Virus record (IMG/VR): IMGVR_UViG_3300027863_000019
Coordinates: 91,616 to 155,615 of that record
Reading direction: 5' to 3' (one strand)
DNA: 64,000 nucleotides
Source of the DNA: a virus
Shown here: positions 1-10,022 of the stretch, piece by piece
Numbering within the stretch: position 1 is the first letter of the stretch
How the letters are laid out: each line of letters begins with the position of its first letter
Notes under the pieces: model-generated
The model's input: only the letters and a program-made list of their open reading frames with translations
Databases searched by the model: none
Told to the model about the DNA's origin: nothing
Program-made: the position numbers and the translations under genes

Positions 1-2102
1 GTAAATATAAGAAGTATGCTGAAGCCCATCTTCTCGTTACCAGTAAACGTCTTGTTAGCGGCGCTGATCAGACATTTCAATACGATGTTGCTATTGAAGT
101 ACTTCCGACTGAAATGGATGAAGTTGATCAAAAATTCGTTTCGAAATATCATGATATGGATGTCATGGTTGTAGCGAGAACATTCAATACGAATGTTAAA
201 GCCGAGATTGGCGATATCATTACTGTCAAGTTTCACAACTTGTTTGTCCATAAGAATGACGAGGGTAAATACAAATTAGATATTTATGAACCTCGCGTCT
301 ATGAAAATCGTACCATCGCGAATCCTGAAGAAAAGCCCGATACTGTTACTACGATTATGAAGATTGGAATGGATGCTCAGATGCTTTCCTTTAAAGGAAT
401 GTTTACCGAGAATGATACTATTCCTTTCGAACTCGTTAAACAGATTGATCTTTTCTCTCAATATCCTAATGAGGACCAAATTCACAAGTTCATTATCCAT
501 CATCACTGGAGAGGTATGACAACTCATGGTGATCTTCGTATTGAGCATGTGAATAATCAAGTGCTCTTAGGATATACTTTAAATATTATGGCAGACAATG
601 TCGTGAAGGAACCAGTTTTAACATTGGCTGAAGCTGAAGCCTGGGCGAAGAAACCCGAGCTTTGGAAGTTTGATGTCCAGACTGGGAAGTTCCTTACGCG
701 CGAAACTCATGGTGGAACTAAGAAAGCAACATCAATCTTAGTTGAATTGAAAGAGCCTGAACCATTAGAGTGGCTTACCTTTGAAGGTGTTGTTGCTCCT
801 GGCAATGTAGGATCAACGAAACAGTACCCCGGAGTATTTTACATTGCATGTCAAGGCACCGCAGAATATGGTTTCAGAAATGGTTACTTCCAAGAGTATT
901 GGTTCCATGTACCTAGTTGGGATAGTGGTGGTCAACGCTTACTCTTCCGACAACTTTCGTCGAACTTGCAAGCCAACTTGCCCATCGAAAAGTTCCTACA
1001 ATGGGCTTTCGATGTTGAAAACGTGGTGGACGTTTATATCGTAGGTGGTGATTATATTACTTGTAAGTATGGCGATGTACAGATTCCTGATGGTGCAACT
1101 TTCAAGAATGATACTATATCATTTAAAGATGCTGTTCTTCCACCATCGGAAGGTGCTACAATTCGAACACCAACTATGTGGCTTTTGATTAAACCTAACG
1201 ATGATAAACCATATGTCTTATCTCATCGTGCTGTACAAAAACAAAGAATTACTCCTTATGGTGCTTCGGGGCTACCTAAGAAAATTAGAGATCAAATCCC
1301 TGCGGAGTTCCATTATTGGACTGTTAAAGATATTCCTACCCGATTAAAAGTTAGGGATGGTCTTGTAACAGCAATTAAACATCATCAAGTGAAAGTTGAT
1401 TACAGTGGGATCTATAAAAGCTTAGAGCTAATGAAAGCTTTAGATTGGAAGTCCTTGCATTGTGGAACGATCACGAAAGATGAAATCAAACAATACTGCA
1501 CTCGTTCTGATTGGCAGGATGTGCGTATTGAACTCAAAGGTAAAACTTTAGAAGAGAAGTTTAAAACCTTAAAGAATTGGTTGGAAAAACATAATCACTC
1601 AAGAGCTTCCCAAGTTCAAGTAACTAACTATATTAACGCTTTGGCAAGAAGTGGTTTGATTAGCCTAAAAGCAAAAGTGGATCGTAAGTTCGTTTTAAAT
1701 AGAAGGACTTGGAGAGGGCCAATTCACGTACGTATTGGTTTTAGTGCTGAGCTTTATGACCTTTGGATTGATGATGGTGATAGCGCCTACTTATGGACTT
1801 TCAATAGCAATCCAATTCTCTTTGAGTCTGCAACTGGTACATTTGAAAAGATTAAGAATAAAAAGCTAATGAATCAACTCGGACAAATAGCTCCTGGAAC
1901 TGACTTAAATCCAAATAAAGCTATTCCAGTTACCATCGAACGAGTGGCAGAAGGTGAATTGCTCTTGCTTATCGATGAAGACAATCTCAAGAAATTCCAA
2001 GTAAACACCAAGGAATGGAAAGGGTTATATCTTTTAGAGCAGGATGAAAATACCAACATTTGGACAATTCAAACCACAGGAAATGTTGGCGAAAAGATGT
2101 AA
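1..2102 (+). CDS. 3' part of a multidomain protein: ATP-dependent DNA ligase C-terminus (motif V + OB fold) followed by LigD 3'-phosphoesterase-like domain(s); 5'-truncated by window edge
   Basis: Frame is open from nt 3 (KYKKYAEAHLLV..., resembling ligase motif V xKxK). An OB-like segment follows (ARTFNT...GDIITVKF...PRV). KFIIHHHWRGMTTHGDLRIE resembles LigD PE FVVQxHxA..HYDFRLE, with a second degenerate copy KFVLNRRTWRG...YDLWID. Confidence 0.6.
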   Translation, partial: KYKKYAEAHLLVTSKRLVSGADQTFQYDVAIEVLPTEMDEVDQKFVSKYHDMDVMVVARTFNTNVKAEIGDIITVKFHNLFVHKNDEGKYKLDIYEPRVYENRTIANPEEKPDTVTTIMKIGMDAQMLSFKGMFTENDTIPFELVKQIDLFSQYPNEDQIHKFIIHHHWRGMTTHGDLRIEHVNNQVLLGYTLNIMADNVVKEPVLTLAEAEAWAKKPELWKFDVQTGKFLTRETHGGTKKATSILVELKEPEPLEWLTFEGVVAPGNVGSTKQYPGVFYIACQGTAEYGFRNGYFQEYWFHVPSWDSGGQRLLFRQLSSNLQANLPIEKFLQWAFDVENVVDVYIVGGDYITCKYGDVQIPDGATFKNDTISFKDAVLPPSEGATIRTPTMWLLIKPNDDKPYVLSHRAVQKQRITPYGASGLPKKIRDQIPAEFHYWTVKDIPTRLKVRDGLVTAIKHHQVKVDYSGIYKSLELMKALDWKSLHCGTITKDEIKQYCTRSDWQDVRIELKGKTLEEKFKTLKNWLEKHNHSRASQVQVTNYINALARSGLISLKAKVDRKFVLNRRTWRGPIHVRIGFSAELYDLWIDDGDSAYLWTFNSNPILFESATGTFEKIKNKKLMNQLGQIAPGTDLNPNKAIPVTIERVAEGELLLLIDEDNLKKFQVNTKEWKGLYLLEQDENTNIWTIQTTGNVGEKM

Positions 2103-2207
2103 GCTGGGGACTTCAAAGATAAAAATGTTCCCCCCTACATTGTTAGGAACAAAATAATTCTCGAACTAGGTGGGTCTGCGTTTTTAGTTCGAGCTTAGGA
2201 GAAAATC

Positions 2208-3422
2208 ATGAACGGAAACCTCGCGGTTAAAATTGAAGATGGTCAAGTTGCTTTTGATGATGCGATTTTCGAAATCAAGAAAGCCGCTGACACCTTCGAT
2301 GAAGAGGGCCAGCAAAAGAGAATCGTTACTGGCTACGCGGCGGTTGCCGATGTTGTTGATTCGCAGTATGAGTTGATTGCTCGCGAGGCTCTAGAGGCGG
2401 CCTCCAAAGACCTCCTCAAATATACAACTGTACTGTACAATCATGACCCGGACCGCCCAATTGGTAAAGTGCTGGAGGCGGCTCCACAGGGAAATGGACT
2501 TTTTGTTAAAGTCCAAATTTCGAACACTGAGACTGAGATCTGGGATAAGATCTGCGAAGGTATTATCTCGAAGTTCAGTTTCCGTGGTGTCATCACTGAG
2601 TATGACGAATCTTTTGATAAGAGCTTAAACCGTAACATTACGATAATCAAAGGATTTAAAATCTTCGAAATCTCCCTCGTGTCCGTTCCCGCAAATCCTG
2701 AAGCAAGGACTTTAAACTACTACCTATCCAAAGCACTCGAAGATCAAGTAGAACTACATCGGGAGACTCCTGGTAAAACCGATTCAAATACTACGGTGAA
2801 ACAACCTAGTAGTGACGTCGGTGTAGCTGGGGATCAAAACGATAATCCAAACATAGGAGGGTCTGATAACATGCCTAAGATGGACCCTGATGACAAAGAA
2901 AGGCTAAATGCGATCACCGCAATGTGTGATAAGCTACTCGCTGCCCTCCAGGATATGCCTCACGTGGACGAACGTGTTGTTGCTCTAGTAAAAAGAATCA
3001 AAGATATGGTTGCCGCTTTTGGTAAAGAGGAAGCTGCGGAAGGTGAAGGCGGGAAGCCAGCATCTGGATATCCTCAACCGACTGCAGACAATCTTGACTT
3101 GGAAAACTTTGATCCTGTACAAGAGAAAATGAAATCACGTATCTCCGCCGTTGAAGAGCAGTATGCCGCTCTCGAAAAGAAGTTGGAGGAACTCCCTGCC
3201 GCCCTTGAAGAGAAACTCATCGAGGCCGTAAAAGCCCTCGCGGAGCAGCAAATTACTGAAAAAATCGGCGAGATCGAAAAGAAGCTAGATGGCCAGACAG
3301 AAGTTGTAGCGGGACTAGCTGAATTGTTCGATCTACTTCGTCCAACGCTGGGTCTTCCTGTAGTTGAAAAGCAGCCGGAAGCGTCAGCTGACGATCCAAA
3401 TAATCAAGGGGGTGAATCCTAA
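2208..3422 (+). CDS. HK97-family prohead protease with C-terminal coiled-coil scaffold region
   Basis: Motifs VTGYA, VDSQYE, VLYNHD..PIGKV, FSFRG and EISLVSVPANPEA; acidic/coiled-coil C-terminus; AGGAG RBS; directly upstream of the capsid gene. Confidence 0.92.
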   Translation: MNGNLAVKIEDGQVAFDDAIFEIKKAADTFDEEGQQKRIVTGYAAVADVVDSQYELIAREALEAASKDLLKYTTVLYNHDPDRPIGKVLEAAPQGNGLFVKVQISNTETEIWDKICEGIISKFSFRGVITEYDESFDKSLNRNITIIKGFKIFEISLVSVPANPEARTLNYYLSKALEDQVELHRETPGKTDSNTTVKQPSSDVGVAGDQNDNPNIGGSDNMPKMDPDDKERLNAITAMCDKLLAALQDMPHVDERVVALVKRIKDMVAAFGKEEAAEGEGGKPASGYPQPTADNLDLENFDPVQEKMKSRISAVEEQYAALEKKLEELPAALEEKLIEAVKALAEQQITEKIGEIEKKLDGQTEVVAGLAELFDLLRPTLGLPVVEKQPEASADDPNNQGGES

Positions 3423-4810
3423 TGTCTAACGAACATCTCGAAAAGGCTAAACAACTTGTCGCCAGCTTAGTGCAAGATATGCACAAGAAAGGCGAAGAAG
3501 CCAAAGTTAATGAGATTGTTAGCAAAGCCCTGGATGAACTCAAGAAAGCCGATCCGGGAACCCGGAAGGGCCGGTTTGATACCAAAGACGCCCTCGACGT
3601 AATGAAGGCGTCAACCAATAAAGGTGAAGCAATCCAGAAACTGCTCACAACTCCATCAAGCGACGCGGCGATAAAGTCGTTCCAGCAAACCGCTGATACA
3701 GTTTACCTGTTATCTCAGATGCTGCACACTGACCCGCGCGAACTCAAATGTTTCAAATCACTGGTAGAACACCCAGTAGCTAAAACCGCTACCGATTCAT
3801 ATGGTGGTGAGGGCCCGGCGATGCCTACAGCCTCAACCCATTACGGAGCGGACTTTATTCCTCTGGGATTCTCTGCCGAGTTGATCGACTACGTTCGCCT
3901 GCAGCTGAAAGTAGCTGCGCTGCACAGGCGTATCGATATGCCGACTCCGCAGTACAAACTGCCTGTTCACGGTGGAACAGATATCACTGCGTATCTCGTG
4001 GGTGAGACTCTTACCACTTCTGCGCCGGAAGGGCGCCCAACAGCGTCACGTCCGACAACGACTGCCGTAACTCTGGATGCCAAGAAAATCGGTTCTTTGG
4101 TGTACTTCTCTGAGGAAATCACAGAAGACAGCATCATCCCGGTTGTGCCATTCTTGAAAGATAGCATGGCTCGCTCAATGGCATTCGCTCAGGAGAACGC
4201 CGTTGTTAATGGTCAAACTACGGCGACCATTGATACTGGTGACGCTCCTGCAGCTAGCGACGTTCGTAAAGCGTTTGACGGATATCGCAAGCTCGTTCAG
4301 CCTGCTGCGAAAACAGATCTTTCCAGTTGGACAGCCGGTGGAACTTATGCTCAAGGCGCTGGACTTCTTCGTAACATCCGTGCGAAAATGGGCAAATACG
4401 GAGTTGATCCTAGCAACCTTGCATGGGTAACTAGCATCTCCGGTTATCATCAAATGCTGGGAATCAATGAAGTATTGCGCCTCAATGAGTACGGTCCGAA
4501 CGCTACTATCCTCAATGGTGAGCTTGGAAAGTTTGACAACATTCCGATCATCGTCAGTGAGTTCGTACGTTCCGACTTGAACGCTTTGGGCGTCTATGAT
4601 GGCGTAACAACTAACAAGACCATCATCATGCTTGTACATACTCCTTCGTTCCTCTTCGGCGATCGTCGTGCGATCACTGTGAAAACTTGGGATATGCCGC
4701 AAGACGATGCACACTTGCTTGTGTGCCATCAAAGACTAGACTTCCAGCCCGTGTATGCACCGGCAACCAACTACATTGTATCTCTTGGATACAATCTAGC
4801 GCTTGTGTAA
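3422..4810 (+). CDS. Major capsid protein, HK97 fold, with N-terminal delta-like segment
   Basis: IP..FSAELI, LDAKKIGSLVYFSEEITEDS, ENAVVNG, G...NIPIIVSE; translationally coupled to the protease gene; followed by a terminator. Confidence 0.93.
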   Translation: MSNEHLEKAKQLVASLVQDMHKKGEEAKVNEIVSKALDELKKADPGTRKGRFDTKDALDVMKASTNKGEAIQKLLTTPSSDAAIKSFQQTADTVYLLSQMLHTDPRELKCFKSLVEHPVAKTATDSYGGEGPAMPTASTHYGADFIPLGFSAELIDYVRLQLKVAALHRRIDMPTPQYKLPVHGGTDITAYLVGETLTTSAPEGRPTASRPTTTAVTLDAKKIGSLVYFSEEITEDSIIPVVPFLKDSMARSMAFAQENAVVNGQTTATIDTGDAPAASDVRKAFDGYRKLVQPAAKTDLSSWTAGGTYAQGAGLLRNIRAKMGKYGVDPSNLAWVTSISGYHQMLGINEVLRLNEYGPNATILNGELGKFDNIPIIVSEFVRSDLNALGVYDGVTTNKTIIMLVHTPSFLFGDRRAITVKTWDMPQDDAHLLVCHQRLDFQPVYAPATNYIVSLGYNLALV

Positions 4811-4840
4811 GCTGACTGAGTCAGTGTAGTTAATTCCTCC

Positions 4841-4880
4841 CCCGCCCCTAGTATTCGTACTACGGGCGGGATTATTTTTT
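4841..4880 (+). terminator. Rho-independent terminator after capsid gene
   Basis: CCCGCCCcTAGTA-TTCG-TACTAcGGGCGGG stem-loop followed by ATTATTTTTT. Confidence 0.88.
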
Positions 4881-4910
4881 AAAGTTTCAAATTGAAGTTG
4901 AGGCCGAAGA

Positions 4911-5078
4911 ATGGAAAACTTTGAAGTATTGGATTTGGTTCTTGAAACTCAAGAAAGCGTTGAAGTTTATTTGAGTGCTCCACTAGCCTTAACCTTTACT
5001 CAAGAGTTACTCTCGACTTCCATTCAGTTAATTGCATCGGTTGCTGCTGAAGTTCAAATCAACAGTGAGACACTTTAA
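4911..5078 (+). CDS. Small hypothetical protein (55 aa), not in ORF track
   Basis: GAGG RBS then ATG 4911: MENFEVLDLVLETQESVEVYLSAPLALTFTQELLSTSIQLIASVAAEVQINSETL*. Confidence 0.5.
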   Translation: MENFEVLDLVLETQESVEVYLSAPLALTFTQELLSTSIQLIASVAAEVQINSETL

Positions 5079-5156
5079 TACGCCCTCGAGTCAAATTAAA
5101 GTAAGGTAACCCGACCGTCAGACGTTGGGTATTAAAATTCAACGGAGGAAAACGCC

Positions 5157-6842
5157 ATGGGAATTGCTTCAGATTTTAGTGTTGCTGTCAATGGCGATAT
5201 TCGGCACGTGTCGGGCTCAAGTCACTACACCGTGCTTGAACTTCATAGGTTCCTTCAAGACTTGGCTGATAACGCGTCGGCATCTGGGGATGACTTACTT
5301 GACATTACATCAAGTACGCCATCTGAACGATCAACCGACAACATTATCACTCTTTTAGGATCCTACAATATCGACGATACCGCAGCGCAATACTTCTACG
5401 GTGGTTCGATTAAGCAAGGCACAGGTGGAACCGAAACAATTTACTCGGGTCTTAAAGTACTGGGTGCGGTAAATAACTCGGCCACTCAAATTCAAGTAAT
5501 CCAAAATAATGCTCTTTGTGCTGGATTAACCCCATTCTGGGGAACGCAAGCAACCGGTGGTTACAATGGTGATGCTACCGCTGGTGTTCTCATGCGCGTA
5601 CTCATTAAATCGAGAGAAGCGGGAGCTGATATCGATGGTAAGAGAGTTCGAGTACAAGCAAGACACTGGGGGGATACGTACGACTTCTTCAATGTAACCC
5701 TCGGTGAAGGTGAGGCTGTAGCGGCTATTGGTACTACGCCTGATGCTCAAAATTCTACAGCTATTGGAATAGTACAGGGATGGACTGGAGATGACATCCC
5801 AACTAACACTGAAGGATATCAAACGATCAACCTCAACAATGGTAATGGCGCTCAGCCTTACTACTCAAAGTGGACTTACAATACCAATACTGCGAAGCTG
5901 AAAGCGATTTGGGAGAAAGTAAAATTACTCTCGAGTCAAGCATCCCCTGGAACCATCTATGGGATGAACGGCTTCCTATTCCTCGGTATCACTCACCAAG
6001 TAGCAATTAGTTCTCCATCGGGAACCTTTGTGCAAAATGAAATTGTTTCCTGGGGGTCAGGTTCAACTGCCGGTACTGGGGCGCTTCTTGCGATTGATAG
6101 TTTTACCGCTGGAACAAAGATGTGGATCCAGCTGTTAACTGGTGTTGCACCTGTTTCAGGTTCAATTACCGGTGCAGGTGGTGGATCTGCAACTATCGGT
6201 ACTGTAACAAGTAAAACTGTTCCTAAAGTTTTCCTCGGATCATACACCGGTACTTTGATTGGTGCGTATGGTGTTGGAGTTGATCCTGCATGTCTTACAG
6301 CTTCTGATACAATTCAGGACTTGCTCAATGTAACTCAAACTCCTCCGAACAATGTCACCTTTACAGTATCTGGTGTTGTACCGACCGAAGATTATGTACT
6401 CGTAGGACCAAAGGATACAGGCAGTGCAATCAAAATGAATCAGCTTACTTTGAAGACTTCTCTCACGGGTTTGGTTACTTCGGTTGTTTGCAACACCTCA
6501 ATCCCCGCAGATACTCCTGCAACTGGAACAATTCGCATCCAGTTAGATTCGGGTATCTATCGTAGAGTTGCATACACTTCATGGGCAACTGATACATTTA
6601 CGATTGGCTCAACTGACTTTTCATCTGATCATGCGACTGCAAATAACAACATCTTCATTTCGTACATCGACAAGGTCGCAGATGGAACTTCAGTATCCTT
6701 TACAACAATTTACAGCTCATCAAGAGATCTATATGTACGAGTAAGAGATGGTGGAAGTACTCCAATCAAAACCTTCGAATCTCCAGCTGTCCTTGGATCC
6801 GCTGGCGGAAGTGCTGTAGCGTCTCGAATCACAGACGCGTAA
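5157..6842 (+). CDS. Gly/Thr/Ser-rich virion structural protein (head/neck decoration or fibre base)
   Basis: 561 aa, strong GGAGG RBS, beta-rich composition, lies between capsid and adaptor genes. Confidence 0.6.
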   Translation: MGIASDFSVAVNGDIRHVSGSSHYTVLELHRFLQDLADNASASGDDLLDITSSTPSERSTDNIITLLGSYNIDDTAAQYFYGGSIKQGTGGTETIYSGLKVLGAVNNSATQIQVIQNNALCAGLTPFWGTQATGGYNGDATAGVLMRVLIKSREAGADIDGKRVRVQARHWGDTYDFFNVTLGEGEAVAAIGTTPDAQNSTAIGIVQGWTGDDIPTNTEGYQTINLNNGNGAQPYYSKWTYNTNTAKLKAIWEKVKLLSSQASPGTIYGMNGFLFLGITHQVAISSPSGTFVQNEIVSWGSGSTAGTGALLAIDSFTAGTKMWIQLLTGVAPVSGSITGAGGGSATIGTVTSKTVPKVFLGSYTGTLIGAYGVGVDPACLTASDTIQDLLNVTQTPPNNVTFTVSGVVPTEDYVLVGPKDTGSAIKMNQLTLKTSLTGLVTSVVCNTSIPADTPATGTIRIQLDSGIYRRVAYTSWATDTFTIGSTDFSSDHATANNNIFISYIDKVADGTSVSFTTIYSSSRDLYVRVRDGGSTPIKTFESPAVLGSAGGSAVASRITDA

Positions 6843-6846
6843 ACTC

Positions 6847-6881
6847 AATGTGGAGATGGAGAGGAACTCCATCTCCACATT
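6847..6881 (+). promoter_or_regulatory. Perfect 15-bp inverted repeat (intergenic stem-loop, no U-tract)
   Basis: AATGTGGAGATGGAG-aggaa-CTCCATCTCCACATT immediately after the 561-aa gene. Confidence 0.75.
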
Positions 6882-6894
6882 CTAAGGATGCTAC

Positions 6895-7347
6895 ATGGCG
6901 GCCCCAACTTATACGACCGATCTTAACATCCTTGACGATTGCGCTGATAGCACTGGTTGGGCTGAACCAACTGCTACTGGTTGGACTTCGCTCTTTGCTA
7001 TTACTAACGGTGAGACTGACTACTTTATTGAAGGTTCGGCATGCAATTCGGCTACTATTAGAGCTGGTGCTAGTGGAGTATCAATTCCAACTGATGGTGC
7101 TTTCCTTATCTGGATGTATTTTACCTCTCCGAACTTATTAGACACATATGCTAATGGTGGCATTCGAACTGTAATAGGTAGTGCTTTGAATGCCTTCTAT
7201 TGGGTTAAGCAGGGTGGTAAAGAAACTTATATATATGGCGGTTGGTAGTGTCTCGTGATGGCTGATCCTAGTGTAATTACAACTGAGACTGCTGTTGGAT
7301 CACCGACATCTACTCGAAGATATTTCGGGTTCAGTTTCAACTACTAG
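6895..7347 (+). pseudogene. Truncated virion structural protein with internal TAG
   Basis: Protein-like sequence continues in frame past TAG 7246-7248 (YGGW*CLVMADPSVITTETAVGSPTSTRRYFG) to TAG-TGA at 7345-7350. Confidence 0.5.
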
Positions 7348-7397
7348 TGATGTTACATTCACCGCAATTTTATCTGCGGATTCTTAAGGGGGAAAGT

Positions 7398-7658
7398 ATG
7401 TCAACATTGAAAGAAGATTTTGATGCCTTGAAACGACTTCATTTGTCTGCTAATGAGGCTAATGAGAAACTTCAAGAGGAAAATCGTGAACTCCGTGACG
7501 AGAACATTTTACTACTAAAGAAGTTACTCGATTGCCAAAACGCACTTGATATAAATAAAGAAATTATGCGGAACGCATTAACCATTCAAAATGAGATGAA
7601 AGATGCTTATACGCAAGAGATTAATAAGTTACGTGCACTAATTAAAACTCAAGGATAA
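7398..7658 (+). CDS. Small coiled-coil protein
   Basis: AGGGGG RBS before ATG 7398; heptad-rich sequence. Confidence 0.6.
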   Translation: MSTLKEDFDALKRLHLSANEANEKLQEENRELRDENILLLKKLLDCQNALDINKEIMRNALTIQNEMKDAYTQEINKLRALIKTQG

Positions 7659-7660
7659 CT

Positions 7661-8917
7661 ATGGCGATTACAATTGATTGGGGTAATAAAGTTATTAATA
7701 TTCCCCGAGACGATATGACTTTAGTTCAGGCCGCACCTCCAGTCGAGGTGCGCGAATTGAATTTGAATGAATTTCGCCTCGCCTTGAAATCACTTGAGGA
7801 TGGTGAAGAGGGAATGTGTTTTCCCGATACTCACCGACATAATACTGAAGTCTCCGTTGCTGGATTGGTTCTTGCTCGAGTGATTGAAATTATAAACGGT
7901 TACACAATTACCTTTGAAGATGGTCAATATGCCGTTAACTTGGTTGGTGCGAATAGTAATGTAGCTGACTGCGTTAACGCGAATCAAGTTTCGATTCGTT
8001 CACAAAACTCTGCTGGATTAATCACAAACTCATTGATTGAACATTCTTCATATCAAAACTGTGTAACGATTAATACAACATCTCCTTACGCTGGAGTTAT
8101 TCATCCGGTTGGAACCGATCAGCGTCCGGTAAATAACTTAGCCGATGCCCTCTTAATCGCTCAACAGAAGGGCTTTGATACTTTGCACTTACAGCACGAT
8201 CTAACGTTAGATGCAAGTATTGATGGCTATACAGTGACTGGTGAGAATAGAAGTATTTCTCTTTTCCTTCAACCTGGGTTTACATCAAACGGATGTTCCT
8301 TTAGAGATTTAAAACTAACTGGCGCCGCAAATGGTTCAGAGATGAGTATTGAAAGATGTGATCTCGAAAACGTTTCTGGTATTCAAGGTTTGATTTTAGA
8401 TTGTTCCTTAGCCGGTCAAGTAGTTTTAAAAGGCAGTAATACTAATATCATTGACTCCTATTCAGGTAGAAGATTAGGTTTGAATAGAACCGTAATTGAC
8501 ATGGATTCTGAACCTAAGAATCTTCAAGTACGCCGCTTTTCAGGTGGAATTAAACTTGTTAATTTTGCTTTCCCTGGCAAGCGCGTAGTAATGGATTTTG
8601 ATTCTGGAGTCTTAGAAATCGATCCCTCGTGTACTGCAGGTGAACTTGTTGTTCGTGGTGTTGGAGTAATAATAGATAATGGTGGTCCTAATTTAGTTCG
8701 CGACTTCGAGATGGTTAACCCCTTTTCAGTATCTGAGCAAACGCGAGTTGAACTCTCTACTGAATTAACCGAAATTAGCGATATCTTTAAAATTCATGGA
8801 TTAGATCCAGAATTTCCTTTGCATGTCAGTTCTATAGAGAGAACAGCTGGTGGAACATATATCGTTCAATTGATTGAAACCGCTCCTGAAGGTACGAGAG
8901 TGACGAGAACGATATGA
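7661..8917 (+). CDS. Putative virion structural protein with beta-helix-like central region
   Basis: 418 aa, co-directional in the head module; repetitive x-I/V-x-x-C/S strands. Confidence 0.55.
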   Translation: MAITIDWGNKVINIPRDDMTLVQAAPPVEVRELNLNEFRLALKSLEDGEEGMCFPDTHRHNTEVSVAGLVLARVIEIINGYTITFEDGQYAVNLVGANSNVADCVNANQVSIRSQNSAGLITNSLIEHSSYQNCVTINTTSPYAGVIHPVGTDQRPVNNLADALLIAQQKGFDTLHLQHDLTLDASIDGYTVTGENRSISLFLQPGFTSNGCSFRDLKLTGAANGSEMSIERCDLENVSGIQGLILDCSLAGQVVLKGSNTNIIDSYSGRRLGLNRTVIDMDSEPKNLQVRRFSGGIKLVNFAFPGKRVVMDFDSGVLEIDPSCTAGELVVRGVGVIIDNGGPNLVRDFEMVNPFSVSEQTRVELSTELTEISDIFKIHGLDPEFPLHVSSIERTAGGTYIVQLIETAPEGTRVTRTI

Positions 8918-9099
8918 CAGTAAATCATTTAGCAATAGCAGTAGATGGGATTGGATTTCCTCACTTAACTCTAGCAACCGAAGGGTTCATCTGGATTTCT
9001 GAACTCGTCCAGTTACGGGGTGTCAAATTACTTATTGAAATGCTGCCCCAACTATCATTTCAGGTTTCTGTGGAACCTAAAATTAACTTGGAGCTCTAA
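8914..9099 (+). CDS. Small hypothetical protein
   Basis: 61 aa; ATGA overlap with the previous gene and abuts the next. Confidence 0.55.
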   Translation: MTVNHLAIAVDGIGFPHLTLATEGFIWISELVQLRGVKLLIEMLPQLSFQVSVEPKINLEL

Positions 9100-9438
9100 A
9101 TGTCAACACCTACTGTAACATTAAAGCAAGGTGAAGCAAAGCCGCTAGTACTAACGGTGAGAGATGCCAATGGCGCTCTTATGGATCTAACTAATGCGGA
9201 TTTGCTTTTAGGAGTAAAACAGAATAAGGCGGACACGTCGTACTTATTTAGTAAGGCAACTGTTGACTTTGATATTACTCAAGCATCAACCGGAGTTGTC
9301 TCAGTTATGTTGACTTCTGCAGACACTGAGACTTCTGGAAAGTTTTTTGGTGAGTTGAAAGTGTCTTGGGGCCTTTCAGGAATTGTTGAAAAAAGTTCGG
9401 ATTTTATACTTAAAATCGATGCGGCGGTGACAACATAA
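9100..9438 (+). CDS. BppU-N/Ig-like small structural protein
   Basis: LKQGE..PLVLTVRDANG..MDLTNA...G.VSV.LTSADT..SG.F.GEL pattern. Confidence 0.6.
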   Translation: MSTPTVTLKQGEAKPLVLTVRDANGALMDLTNADLLLGVKQNKADTSYLFSKATVDFDITQASTGVVSVMLTSADTETSGKFFGELKVSWGLSGIVEKSSDFILKIDAAVTT

Positions 9439-10022
9439 TGTTAGCTGAAATTGATGATCTGAAAGCCTATCTTGGCTTTACTGATGTCACGAGTGAAGAT
9501 GATACACTCGATCTAATTATAGTTGGTGCCGATGCTTGGATACGAACTTATTGCGGAAGAGAGTTTGAATCAAGGCGTAGAACTCTTCGAGTAGATGCTA
9601 CAGATTATTACACTTGTTGGGTTCCAGATATGCCATTAACTCAAGTTTATGCAGTTACCGCATTTACTAATATCATTGATACTGTTGGATTACCTATCGA
9701 CTTAACTCGAGTTAGATACTATCAAAAAGGAATGATTTGGTCTGAACAAGCATTATTTGTTCCATCTGTGCCTAAAAGTGTTCTCGTTGACTATACTGCA
9801 GGATATGCGGCTGATGCTACTGAATTGAAAACATTAAAATGGGTTTGTTTAGAAGTAGCCGCACAAATGTATCGTAATCGTGGAATCTTTAATCTCGACG
9901 ACTATAACGCAGGTGGTGTGCAGTATCAGAAATACTCTTCCGATATTTGGCCTTTACTTGGTCCGGAAGTGATGGCGATTCTTGCGTCTTTTAAATCAGT
10001 TGGTCCGAGAGAAGATCTATAA
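9438..10022 (+). CDS. Head-tail adaptor (gp6/gp15-like)
   Basis: LAEIDDLKAYLG, D..L..II..A..WIRTYCGREF, V.VDYTAGY, AAQMYRNRG. Confidence 0.85.
   Translation: MLAEIDDLKAYLGFTDVTSEDDTLDLIIVGADAWIRTYCGREFESRRRTLRVDATDYYTCWVPDMPLTQVYAVTAFTNIIDTVGLPIDLTRVRYYQKGMIWSEQALFVPSVPKSVLVDYTAGYAADATELKTLKWVCLEVAAQMYRNRGIFNLDDYNAGGVQYQKYSSDIWPLLGPEVMAILASFKSVGPREDL

Noticed and set aside
6847-6856. Self-target of the TnpB guide (AATGTGGA match)
   Set aside because: Only 8 nt match and no TTGAT-like TAM adjacent; expected by chance.
7246-7248. TAG-to-Gln recoding (genetic code 15) suggested by the in-frame TAG
   Set aside because: Very long ORFs (4678, 1882, 1640 aa) contain no internal TAG, and TAG ends genes with tightly coupled successors (16773, 17393). 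A single nonsense change is the simpler explanation.
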